Origin: a virus | IMG/VR virus record: IMGVR_UViG_3300043392_000054 | Span: 64,001-128,000 of that record | DNA length: 64,000 nt | Reading direction: 5' to 3' (one strand) | Shown: in pieces, positions 28,690-37,463 of the stretch | How the letters are laid out: every line of letters begins with the position of its first letter | Numbering within the stretch: position 1 is the stretch's first letter | Notes under the pieces: generated by a model | Told to the model about the DNA's origin: nothing | The model's database searches: none | Seen by the model: the letters and a program-made list of their open reading frames with translations, nothing else | Translations under genes and position numbers: made by a program

Positions 28690-28706
28690 AATTAAATTCA
28701 AATATA

Positions 28707-29441
28707 ATGCCACAAATATTTAAAGTAGGAGGTTGCGTAAGAGATAAGTTACTTGGAATAGAATCTAAGGACATTGATTTTACATTTGTCTTAGATGATG
28801 AAAGAACTGTTGAAGAGGGTTTTGAAATCATGAAAGATTGGTTAGATGACCATGATTTTACTATCTTTTTAAGCACTCCAGAATGTTTTACAATCAGAGC
28901 TAAGTTTCCATCAGGCCACAAAAATGAAGGCATGGTAGCTGACTTTGTGTTAGCCAGAAAGGAAGTTGGCTACGAAGAAGGAACTCGCAGACCTATTTTA
29001 GAAATTGGAACCTTAGAAGATGATTTAATTCGTCGAGATTTTACGGTTAATGCAATCGCAGAAAACGAAGACGGCATGCTAATCGACCCATTTGGTGGAG
29101 GTCAAGATATTATTGATGGAGTTTTAAGAACACCAATGGACCCAATGGTCACTTTAATGGATGACCCATTACGAATCTTACGAGCTTTTAGATTCTCATT
29201 AACTAAGAACTTCTTAATGGATGAGAAATTACAAGCTGCTATTTCACAGCGAGAAGCATGGGACAAAATGAAATTGGTAGTTAGTCAAGAGCGCATTAGA
29301 GAAGAACTCACTAAATGTTTTAAGCATGATACAATTTCTACCCTAGGCATGTTATTTGTAATTGAAGAACAGATTCCTGGAGTTGTTGCTGATATTTTAC
29401 TTGCAAATGGATTGTGGTTGAAACCAACTACAGAATTATAG
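28707..29441 (+). CDS. cca: class II tRNA nucleotidyltransferase (CCA-adding / poly(A) polymerase family), short form
   Basis: VGGCVRD, DIDF, RRDFTVNAIA, DPFGG, DDPLRILRAFRF, ERIREEL; no HD or tail domain. Confidence 0.9.
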   Translation: MPQIFKVGGCVRDKLLGIESKDIDFTFVLDDERTVEEGFEIMKDWLDDHDFTIFLSTPECFTIRAKFPSGHKNEGMVADFVLARKEVGYEEGTRRPILEIGTLEDDLIRRDFTVNAIAENEDGMLIDPFGGGQDIIDGVLRTPMDPMVTLMDDPLRILRAFRFSLTKNFLMDEKLQAAISQREAWDKMKLVVSQERIREELTKCFKHDTISTLGMLFVIEEQIPGVVADILLANGLWLKPTTEL

Positions 29442-29454
29442 ATATAAATATAAT

Positions 29455-29574
29455 ATGGAAACAATCATTTTTTTATTTTTAACAGCAACCGTTATTTCTC
29501 TTATTGCAATTGCATGGGACAATAAAATTAATCACAACCCAAACGAAGAAGAAACAGAAGATAACACATATTAA
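29455..29574 (+). CDS. small membrane protein (39 aa), not in the ORF track
   Basis: METIIFLFLTATVISLIAIAWDNK... Confidence 0.5.
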   Translation: METIIFLFLTATVISLIAIAWDNKINHNPNEEETEDNTY

Positions 29575-29584
29575 ATTTTAACAA

Positions 29585-29932
29585 ATGCAAGACGAATCAA
29601 TCCGACCATGGGGTCATTATGAAATTTTATCAGAATCATCTCATAGTAAAGTAAAACAAATTACAGTTAAACCAGGTAAAAGACTTTCATATCAATATCA
29701 TCATCATAGGTCTGAGATTTGGATTATTGTTTCAGGTAGTGGAATTTTTACCCTAGATGGACAAACTTCAATGGTTATTGTAGGAGATACATTACGTATA
29801 CCAGTAGAAGCAAGGCATCGAATAGAAAACAATAGTCAAGACCAGGATTTAATATTCATAGAAGTTCAACGAGGAACCTATTTTGGAGAAGATGACATCA
29901 TTAGAATTGAAGATGATTTTGATAGAAAATAA
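29585..29932 (+). CDS. cupin, mannose-6-phosphate isomerase type II C-terminal family
   Basis: RPWGHYE, VKQITVKPG.RLSYQYHHHRSE.W, HRIEN, IEVQRGTYFGEDDI.R.EDDF. Confidence 0.9.
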   Translation: MQDESIRPWGHYEILSESSHSKVKQITVKPGKRLSYQYHHHRSEIWIIVSGSGIFTLDGQTSMVIVGDTLRIPVEARHRIENNSQDQDLIFIEVQRGTYFGEDDIIRIEDDFDRK

Positions 29933-29950
29933 TTTTAAAATTTATTGAAA

Positions 29951-29996
29951 AAAAAGCCCAAATATTTTTTTATTTGGGCTTTTTTTTGTAGATTTG
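29951..29996 (+). promoter_or_regulatory. class I promoter embedded in a terminator-like hairpin
   Basis: AAAAAGCCCAAATA-TTTTTT-TATTTGGGCTTTTT, then TAGATTTG at 29989-96. Confidence 0.75.
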
Positions 29997-30032
29997 TATT
30001 GTAATTAAATAACAACTTAAAAAAATACAATT

Positions 30033-30410
30033 ATGGGATGTTTTAGCTTTATTTGCAAAGAGAGTGGTTTACCAGTTGCTTCAGATTCTTTTTCTGGCGA
30101 CGCTGTTCGTATGTACTTATTGGTAAATGGTAAAGTAGTTGAAGAGATGCGAGGTCATTATGATTCATATGGTAGAGTGTTTAAATCCGATTTTGATACA
30201 TCATTTGAATGGAAAATGGATTGGGACAAAGCAGTTGACTTAATGTTTGATGAAGATAAAAGTAATGGTATGGCTGTTGTTTTAGAAAAATACTTTAACG
30301 GTAATATACCAACTACTCGTAGTGAAAGCGACCGAAACCAAGGTTGGGGGAATCCAAATGGTGGACAAGCTAAAATTAGCGAACCTGTTCATATTGTTTA
30401 TGAATATTGA
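30033..30410 (+). CDS. hypothetical protein
   Basis: MGCFSFIC...G.YD.YG. Confidence 0.8.
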   Translation: MGCFSFICKESGLPVASDSFSGDAVRMYLLVNGKVVEEMRGHYDSYGRVFKSDFDTSFEWKMDWDKAVDLMFDEDKSNGMAVVLEKYFNGNIPTTRSESDRNQGWGNPNGGQAKISEPVHIVYEY

Positions 30411-30499
30411 AACCTTTTCTTAAAGGGTAAATATAACTAAGGTCTTTTCCCGGTTGAAAGGTTATCTTTAAAGGGGACTTATAATTAAAAAAATCATAT

Positions 30500-31303
30500 A
30501 TGCCAGAATTAGCAGAATTAATACTAACGGCCGATTATATTAATGAGATTGCAAAAGACAAAGTCTTTTATGCTATAGTAAAAAATCCAGTGCACAAAGG
30601 CTTAGACATTTCACAAGATATACAAGCTCCTTTTACTATTAAAGCTAAAAGCAGAGGAAAAGAATTAAAGCTTGAACTTAATTCACTTCCAGATTCTAAT
30701 TTATATATTTCTGCTAATTTAATGATGACAATGGGTATGGCTGGTCATTTTAAATGGGTTAAAAATGGATTTGTAGAGAAGCACGCTCATCTTATATTTA
30801 AATCGGATGAAGGTTCTTTAGCCTTTGTGGATGTTAGACGGTTTGGTAAATGGAAATGGGGATATTGGGGAGAAGACCGAGGGCCAGACCCAATTAATGA
30901 CTTTCAAAACTTTGTCAGAAATATTAAAAACAATCTTCATAAAAGGGATTTTGATAAGCCTATTTGTGAAGTCTTAATGAATCAAAAATACTTTAATGGT
31001 ATTGGTAACTATTTAAGAGCTGAAATCTTATACAGGACTGATATTAATCCATTTATGTCAGCTAGACAAGCATTACAATTAGCTCCTGAAATTTATAAGC
31101 TATGTAAATGGGCACCGATGCAAGCCTATAATTTAGGAGGAGGTCAATTAAAAGATTGGCAAAATCCATTCGGTCCATATAAAGAAATGATGAAAAGCTG
31201 GGATGAATTTATGATTTGCTATGGAAATAAAAATATGGCAAAGGTCGAAGACCGAAACGGTAGAACTTTCTGGTATGACCCTAAATGGAAGACTGATATA
31301 TAA
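30500..31303 (+). CDS. Fpg/Nei-family DNA glycosylase/AP lyase, NEIL1-like (zincless finger)
   Basis: N-terminal MPE, SRGKEL, GMAG, FVDVRRFG, PICEVLMNQKYFNGIGNYLRAEILY, DRNGRTFW. Confidence 0.92.
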   Translation: MPELAELILTADYINEIAKDKVFYAIVKNPVHKGLDISQDIQAPFTIKAKSRGKELKLELNSLPDSNLYISANLMMTMGMAGHFKWVKNGFVEKHAHLIFKSDEGSLAFVDVRRFGKWKWGYWGEDRGPDPINDFQNFVRNIKNNLHKRDFDKPICEVLMNQKYFNGIGNYLRAEILYRTDINPFMSARQALQLAPEIYKLCKWAPMQAYNLGGGQLKDWQNPFGPYKEMMKSWDEFMICYGNKNMAKVEDRNGRTFWYDPKWKTDI

Positions 31304-31319
31304 AATATAAATTTGTAAA

Positions 31320-31766
31320 ATGGTTATTAAACTAAATTCTGGAGAAGAGTGCAACCTATCTTTCTCTAATAACTGTGTCAAACTCACAAATTGGTCTAGC
31401 AGAAATTTATTTGCAGAGTGGTATAAAAATGGTGAATTTTATGGTAGCATGCCAGTCAATGGTCATACTTGGGCTGCAATGCCATTTGACTCAATTGATG
31501 AGTGGAAAATTGATATAGTTGGCGAATATTCATTTACAAATTCTTTACAAGGTAAAAATGTTTTAATTAATGCTACGTTAGAATCAAATGATGCAATAGA
31601 AAAACTAAATCAATTCTGTAAAGATGCATATATAAAACATAAGTGTCATATTTACGTATACACTAAAATGAGTCATCTATTAAATTTAAAATCTGAATAT
31701 TTTCAAACTCTTAGACTAAATAATCAAATTGAAATAATGAGTTTAGGTTTAAATAAAACTTTTTAA
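31320..31766 (+). CDS. hypothetical protein
   Basis: 148-aa ORF after late box 31295. Confidence 0.7.
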   Translation: MVIKLNSGEECNLSFSNNCVKLTNWSSRNLFAEWYKNGEFYGSMPVNGHTWAAMPFDSIDEWKIDIVGEYSFTNSLQGKNVLINATLESNDAIEKLNQFCKDAYIKHKCHIYVYTKMSHLLNLKSEYFQTLRLNNQIEIMSLGLNKTF

Positions 31767-31767
31767 T

Positions 31768-32442
31768 ATGGACAATTTAGTACAGATTTATGATAATTTT
31801 ATACCTGTAGATTATTGTAATAGAATTATTGCAGAGTTTGAATTAGACCCTAATATAATGGAAGGTGTATCAGGTGTTGGAGTTAATCATAATATCAAAA
31901 AGTCAACTGATTTAATGATAGCTTCTAGATTGCATTCTCCTGTATGGAATGAAATTTATCAATATATTAATGAAGCTCTTTTACACGCATGCGTTGATTA
32001 TGTTGGTAAATTTCCAATGATTTCTAGAACAGCTAAACATGAAACAGAATTATCCTTAATTAGAACTGTTAATGCAAAAATGGCGAATATTTCAAATTCA
32101 AAGCCACATATGCAAATGCAACGATATATCGGCGGAGAAGGATTTTATGCTTGGCATAGAGAAAATTATACAGATAATCCAACTATGTCGAAGCGTGAAA
32201 TGTTTTACATCATTTATTTGAATGATGTTGAAGAATCTGGAGAAACAGAGTTTTTATTTAATCCAATGAAAGTTAAACCTAAAGCTGGCAGTATTATTTT
32301 AGCTCCTGCTTTTTGGACTCATACACATAGAGGAAATCCATTATCTGACCCTAATGCTAGAAAATATATTATTACAGGTTGGTTAGAATTTACAGAAAAT
32401 GTAAATGTTAATTATGATTTTTTAGAAGATTATACTATATAA
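31768..32442 (+). CDS. 2OG-Fe(II) oxygenase (prolyl-4-hydroxylase-like)
   Basis: KKSTD, MQRY, WHREN, IIYLND...GETEF, PAFWTHTHRG, KYIITGW. Confidence 0.88.
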   Translation: MDNLVQIYDNFIPVDYCNRIIAEFELDPNIMEGVSGVGVNHNIKKSTDLMIASRLHSPVWNEIYQYINEALLHACVDYVGKFPMISRTAKHETELSLIRTVNAKMANISNSKPHMQMQRYIGGEGFYAWHRENYTDNPTMSKREMFYIIYLNDVEESGETEFLFNPMKVKPKAGSIILAPAFWTHTHRGNPLSDPNARKYIITGWLEFTENVNVNYDFLEDYTI

Positions 32443-32444
32443 AA

Positions 32445-32473
32445 AGAAACTTTTTTACAAACTTTAATATAAT
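32445..32473 (+). promoter_or_regulatory. class II promoter
   Basis: AGAAAC-N17-TATAAT. Confidence 0.55.
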
Positions 32474-32505
32474 TTATTCAATTTATACATTTAAATTCAA
32501 ATAAA

Positions 32506-33078
32506 ATGGCTAAGAAAAGCACAAAAACAGAAAAGCAACAAGTTACGTTGCAAGATTTACAAAATTTACGAACAGAATTAGAGAAAGAGGCAGCAGAAAA
32601 ACAAGTTGAATTAGCTAAACGTACTTATGAAATCGATTTTGAAAACATTTCAAACGTAACACGTACATTAGCTCATTTAAATAAAGATGTTAATTGGTCT
32701 ACAAAGAATGCAGCTTTATTAGTATCTTTAAGTGATGCTTTATGGGATGAGCAAGCTCGTTTAAAGGCAGAAGATTCTAAAACTAGTGCAGTTGTTTCTT
32801 TAAAGCAAGTAGACGTTAATACTTTGTACCAATCTCTTTTATCTGTACAAAGCACTGGAATCGAATCAGCTAGAAACTATGTTAAGTTATTAACTAATAT
32901 CGGTGCACAGATTACGCAAGCAATGCAAGCAATGGCAACTGCAAATCAAGAAATTCAATCAATCCACGTTGAATTAGCAGAATTAGACCAACGTATTGAC
33001 CAAGAAACTGGTACTAATACTGAGGAATCTCAAGCAGAATCAACATTAGAAGCTGTAACAAATGAAACTATCCAGTAA
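32506..33078 (+). CDS. hypothetical coiled-coil protein
   Basis: 190 aa, helical heptads. Confidence 0.8.
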   Translation: MAKKSTKTEKQQVTLQDLQNLRTELEKEAAEKQVELAKRTYEIDFENISNVTRTLAHLNKDVNWSTKNAALLVSLSDALWDEQARLKAEDSKTSAVVSLKQVDVNTLYQSLLSVQSTGIESARNYVKLLTNIGAQITQAMQAMATANQEIQSIHVELAELDQRIDQETGTNTEESQAESTLEAVTNETIQ

Positions 33079-33598
33079 ATCTAAAAGTAGATTAGAATTA
33101 TTAGACATGATTGCAGAGGGCATTTCAAGCCCTGATGTATTCAACGTCATTAATTACAAATCTCAATCAGAGGATAAGATTAAGCAATTTGTATATCCTC
33201 ATTTAGTTGATGCTTTAACCGAATGGGTAATGCAAAAGAAAGATTTTAGTAGAGCCTTAGCAAAAGAAAAAGCTAAGGCCATGCTAAAATGGGAGGGTAA
33301 TGTAAACACTACAATTAATCATACTCATTTTATGGGTACGGCCAATAGACCTGATATGATTGTAGAAACAAATGACCTTAAAATTGCAATTGAATTTAAA
33401 AGAGGGACAGCAGGTTCAGATTTACGTTCAGGTTTTGGTCAATGTATGATTTACTCTACTATCTATGATTTTGTGTTATACATGTTTATTGATACCACGT
33501 CAGATTCTAAAATAGCTAGAGCTTCTAATGGAATTGCAGAACAAAATTTCTTAGAAGATTTATGGAATAATTTTAATATTAAATTCGTCATCGTTTAA
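33062..33598 (+). CDS. PD-(D/E)xK nuclease-like protein
   Basis: RPDMIV...AIEFK...GQCMIY. Confidence 0.6.
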   Translation: MKLSSKSKSRLELLDMIAEGISSPDVFNVINYKSQSEDKIKQFVYPHLVDALTEWVMQKKDFSRALAKEKAKAMLKWEGNVNTTINHTHFMGTANRPDMIVETNDLKIAIEFKRGTAGSDLRSGFGQCMIYSTIYDFVLYMFIDTTSDSKIARASNGIAEQNFLEDLWNNFNIKFVIV

Positions 33599-34119
33599 TG
33601 AAGATATTTTTTACAGGTAATTTACAGTTTGGTCGACCAAGCGCAATCAAACAATTTAAGCGTCCATTTGAGGATGTTAATCACATGAATCAGGTTCTAG
33701 TTGAAAATTGGAATAAAACAATTACAGATGAAGATATTGTATATGTTTTAGGTAATTTTGCATGGGACCCAACTACAGCTGAAGAGATGTTAGGCAAATT
33801 AAATGGCACTATTGTAATTGTACCTGGAGAAATTGATGAACCTATAATCGAATTAAATGATAAGGATTTAATGCCAGAAAATAGTGCGTTAATAGAAAGC
33901 ATATTTAGTTCATACGAAGATGGCTTAACTGTTTCATATTGGCCTTTAATGGAATGGCCACACAAATCAAAGGGTCATTATTCTTTCTTTGGTTTTCCAA
34001 GTGCTAAATATAAAACAGACCATAAGAAAAAAATGGTTAATATGGCATGTGATTTCTGGGGTTATAAACCACAATCTTTAGATTCTATTTTAGATTTATT
34101 TAAAGATATTGAATCTTAA
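33598..34119 (+). CDS. calcineurin-like phosphoesterase homolog lacking metal ligands
   Basis: Family scaffold present (FFTGNLQFG, MNQ.L..NWN, YVLGNF, VPGEID, SYWP..EW) but catalytic D/H/N residues are replaced. Confidence 0.75.
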   Translation: MKIFFTGNLQFGRPSAIKQFKRPFEDVNHMNQVLVENWNKTITDEDIVYVLGNFAWDPTTAEEMLGKLNGTIVIVPGEIDEPIIELNDKDLMPENSALIESIFSSYEDGLTVSYWPLMEWPHKSKGHYSFFGFPSAKYKTDHKKKMVNMACDFWGYKPQSLDSILDLFKDIES

Positions 34120-34685
34120 TGGTAGGCAGAAAAGAAATTCCTTATTTCTTACAAAGAACTGATTTAGTAGGAGTCGAGATTGGAGTACAACATGGTGTTT
34201 TTAGCATGTATTTACTCGAATCTGGACTCTTTAAAAAATTATATTCAATTGACCCATATCCAGTAAAAATTCCTGGTGTTTTTCAAAATGGAGAACAATA
34301 CTATTGCAATGATTCAAATGAAACATATGAGATAGCTGTACAAAATCTATCTCAATATGAGGAATCGGAGTTGATTAGAAAATATTCTAATGTAGCAGTC
34401 TTTGATTTTAAAGATGCTTCATTAGATTTTATTTTTATAGATGGTGACCACACTTATGAAGGTGTAATGAATGACCTTACTTTATGGTGGCCTAAATTAA
34501 AAGTTGGAGGCATTATGTCAGGTCATGATTACTGGGATATGGAAATGGATTGTGGTGATAATATTATTTCTACATTTAAGGTAAAATCAGCAGTGGATGA
34601 TTTTGCCAAAGAACACAATATAAAGGTACAAACTGTCAAAGAGGAATCTTTGGAAGATTGGTATAGCTGGTTTTTTTTAAAATAA
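34119..34685 (+). CDS. class I SAM-dependent methyltransferase (Methyltransf_24-like)
   Basis: VEIGVQHG.FS, LYSIDP, LDFIFIDGDHTYE, LKVGGIMSGHDY. Confidence 0.88.
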   Translation: MVGRKEIPYFLQRTDLVGVEIGVQHGVFSMYLLESGLFKKLYSIDPYPVKIPGVFQNGEQYYCNDSNETYEIAVQNLSQYEESELIRKYSNVAVFDFKDASLDFIFIDGDHTYEGVMNDLTLWWPKLKVGGIMSGHDYWDMEMDCGDNIISTFKVKSAVDDFAKEHNIKVQTVKEESLEDWYSWFFLK

Positions 34686-34702
34686 TTTAAAAAAATATAC
34701 TG

Positions 34703-34745
34703 CAATATTTTTTATTGTCAAATATTTTTGTTAGATTTACATCAT
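34703..34745 (+). promoter_or_regulatory. class I promoter driving the sigma factor
   Basis: AATATTTTTTATTGTC...TAGATTTA at 34732-39. Confidence 0.7.
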
Positions 34746-34776
34746 AATAATTAACAATACAACTTAATCCAATTTT

Positions 34777-35385
34777 ATGCAATTAACTTATAGAGAATTA
34801 ACAGAAAACTATTTAGCATCTCGTTCTGAAAAAGACTTTACTGCTCTTTATCGAAAAGTTAAACCAGGTTTACGTTCTTATATTTATAAAATTATCAAAG
34901 ACCAAGAGGCAACTGAAGATGTTTTAGTTAACACTCTTGCAAAAATGTGGACCAAAATTGAACAATATGACCCACAATATCAAATCACAACATGGTTATA
35001 TCGTATTGCATTTAATGAATGTATTGGTTTTATTAATGACCGAAACAAGAAAACTTCTTTAAATAAATTATCTGAATTTGGAATTGAAGTTGAAGACGGT
35101 GGTTTAATTAGAGAAGAATTGTCTATTCTATTAGAAGATGCTGAAGCTAAGACAGAACAAGACTTTTTAGATGAAGACTTGGAATTAGAATTACAGTATA
35201 CTAATTGCTTAAAAGCTATTCAAGACCTTAAACCCATCTACAAAGAAATTGTTATAGATAGATTAATCCATAATATGAAGTATGAGGATATTGCAGAGAA
35301 ATATGATTTACCTTTGCAAACTATTAAGAATCGTATTCTTCGTGGAAAAAGAATTATTGCTGAACAAATTGAAAACAAGGATTAA
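34777..35385 (+). CDS. ECF-type (sigma-24-like) RNA polymerase sigma factor
   Basis: Region 2: F..LY, EDV...T..K.W..I..YD, TWLYRIA.N; region 4: I..L.P.YKE, Y.DIAE...L.TIK.RI.RG. Confidence 0.9.
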   Translation: MQLTYRELTENYLASRSEKDFTALYRKVKPGLRSYIYKIIKDQEATEDVLVNTLAKMWTKIEQYDPQYQITTWLYRIAFNECIGFINDRNKKTSLNKLSEFGIEVEDGGLIREELSILLEDAEAKTEQDFLDEDLELELQYTNCLKAIQDLKPIYKEIVIDRLIHNMKYEDIAEKYDLPLQTIKNRILRGKRIIAEQIENKD

Positions 35386-35603
35386 TGGCATCTTATCCTG
35401 ATGTATTGATAATTTATAAAGCTTCTAAAACAAGTAAAAAATATCAATTAAAGATATTTGAAAATACTCACGTTGATACGATTTTAGAAACTATAAAAAG
35501 GAAACCTCTAATTCCTAAAGAATGGCAATTAGAGGTTATTTCAGTTGGAACTAGTGACGCTAATGTGCTAGCTTTAAAAAAGAAATACAATATTAAAAAA
35601 TGA
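35385..35603 (+). CDS. hypothetical protein
   Basis: 72-aa coupled ORF. Confidence 0.7.
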   Translation: MASYPDVLIIYKASKTSKKYQLKIFENTHVDTILETIKRKPLIPKEWQLEVISVGTSDANVLALKKKYNIKK

Positions 35604-36505
35604 AGACAATTTGGGTTCTTGAAAACATCCGAAAAGACTTTGACTTCTATCAGCGATTTAATCTATTAAATCTAATAGCATCAACTGCTTTATGGAGAAA
35701 ATGGCATCCTAATGATACGACTGAATTATATTGCGATTTAGGAACTTATCAGCTTTTAAATTACTTTCAAGTTTTAGACCTATGGGATAAAGTTGACTAT
35801 TCTATTTTAAGCAAAGAATCTAAAATAGATAAAAATTGCATGTGGGCCGCATCTAAATTAGAAGTTTTAACCACAATACAAGAACCTGTGACAATGGCTG
35901 ACAATGATTGGTTAGCTTTTGGAAATTTTGATGATATTAGAACTTTATCAGATGTTGTTTATTCACATGATGAAAACGGAGATGATTACTATTTAGCAGA
36001 CCATGAATGGTATTTAACTGATTTAAAATATACTCCTATTAAAGAAACTCTTTTTCCTACAACACAACAAGCTGCAAATGTTTCATTTTTAACCTTTAAC
36101 AATACCGATATTCTTTCAAAATATGCTAATATGTCAGTAGACTTAATGACAGAATGGACGGAAATGGGTATTAAAGACAATAGACTTATTATTTATGCTG
36201 AACAAAAACTATTAAAGCAAATGCTAATGAAAAATAATATTAGTCATTCTCCTTTAATTAAAGATATTTGGCATTGCAAAGAAAATAAATGGTCAACTGA
36301 CTTTAATGAATCTGGAATTTGGAATTCTACTGAAATCTGGAGTAAATTTAAACATTATGGACCAGATAAAAGAAAGTATAAAGATAATGAGCCTGGATTT
36401 GAGTATGAAAGAGAAGTTAGATTTTTATACAATGCAATAGGTTCTAGCAAAAGAGTTGATGTAGAACTACTTAAAAATAAAATAAAAGTAATACCAAATG
36501 TCTAG
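35600..36505 (+). CDS. glycosyltransferase-like protein (DUF6734-like), paralog of 21408..22349
   Basis: TELYCD...MWAASKL...EPVTMADND. Confidence 0.55.
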   Translation: MKTIWVLENIRKDFDFYQRFNLLNLIASTALWRKWHPNDTTELYCDLGTYQLLNYFQVLDLWDKVDYSILSKESKIDKNCMWAASKLEVLTTIQEPVTMADNDWLAFGNFDDIRTLSDVVYSHDENGDDYYLADHEWYLTDLKYTPIKETLFPTTQQAANVSFLTFNNTDILSKYANMSVDLMTEWTEMGIKDNRLIIYAEQKLLKQMLMKNNISHSPLIKDIWHCKENKWSTDFNESGIWNSTEIWSKFKHYGPDKRKYKDNEPGFEYEREVRFLYNAIGSSKRVDVELLKNKIKVIPNV

Positions 36506-37463
36506 CAAATATAACAATCCTAAATTTTGGGTAGCAGAGCAAATAGGATTTGATAATTGGCCAAAACCAAAGGAACCTATTAAAAATACAGGTGATAAAC
36601 CACTAGCAGTTGTCTATCAAACTTGGAGTACTGAAGCGTATTTACCATATATGTACCATTCTATTTTATCTCAGTTGATGTACACTGATATTTTAGAAAA
36701 GTGCGATGTTTACATTTTTGTTGATGAAGAAAGATATGAATATACTAGTTGGTTATTTAAAGATTTAATTGATTCTAGTTCAATTATCAAAGTATCAAGA
36801 ATGATGGCAGTTAAATATATGGTGACATGTCATCCTGTATTACATAAATATAAAGCAGTTTCAGTTTGTGATTCAGATATGTTTTTTTATAGTGAATCAA
36901 AATTAGATTTCTATCAAAAGATTGAGGATAAATTTGAAACAAGCAATGATATTCTAATGATTGAGGATAATTTACCAGCTAAGAAAATATTTTGGGAGCG
37001 TCATAGAGACCTAAATAATAGAGTAAAGGCTGAAGATTATCTTGATTTTTTTGTAGAAAATACCGGGATTTATAAGGAACAATTAGAAGATTGGATAAAT
37101 TCAAATCCTTGGTACTTAAGCCCTTTATTTGTTTATAACCCTAAAACATATATCAATCCAAGATATTATAAGTATGCTATTAATTGTGCATATAACGAAT
37201 TTTATTGTGATGAAACAGTGTGGATGGTTTGGGCTAAAGCTAGAATGATAGATTTTAAACCAGTTCATAAAGAAATAAAAGACACGGATGTTGTAGTAGA
37301 TTTTGTTCACACTAAATTAAAGGATTATCTTAAATATAGAGTTGACAATAATTTAGGTTTAACTCTAATTCATCCATTATGTGGAGACCAAAGGATTAAT
37401 CCAGTTTGTGCAGAATTATTATTTAAAATACAAAAAGATTTTAGAGTATATTCTTTATCATAA
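36498..37463 (+). CDS. GT-A-like protein
   Basis: CDSDMFF DxD motif; N-terminus paralogous to the next gene. Confidence 0.5.
   Translation: MSSKYNNPKFWVAEQIGFDNWPKPKEPIKNTGDKPLAVVYQTWSTEAYLPYMYHSILSQLMYTDILEKCDVYIFVDEERYEYTSWLFKDLIDSSSIIKVSRMMAVKYMVTCHPVLHKYKAVSVCDSDMFFYSESKLDFYQKIEDKFETSNDILMIEDNLPAKKIFWERHRDLNNRVKAEDYLDFFVENTGIYKEQLEDWINSNPWYLSPLFVYNPKTYINPRYYKYAINCAYNEFYCDETVWMVWAKARMIDFKPVHKEIKDTDVVVDFVHTKLKDYLKYRVDNNLGLTLIHPLCGDQRINPVCAELLFKIQKDFRVYSLS

Noticed and set aside
30408-30485. Tandem class II-like promoters before the NEIL1-like gene
   Set aside because: TGAAAC-N18-TATAAC and TGAAAG-N19-TATAAT miss the 17-nt spacing of the six good sites. Possible but not counted.
31320-31766. 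Heptosyltransferase-like fragment
   Set aside because: Only a faint resemblance (LQGKNVLI...KHKCHIYV) with no catalytic motif; kept as hypothetical.
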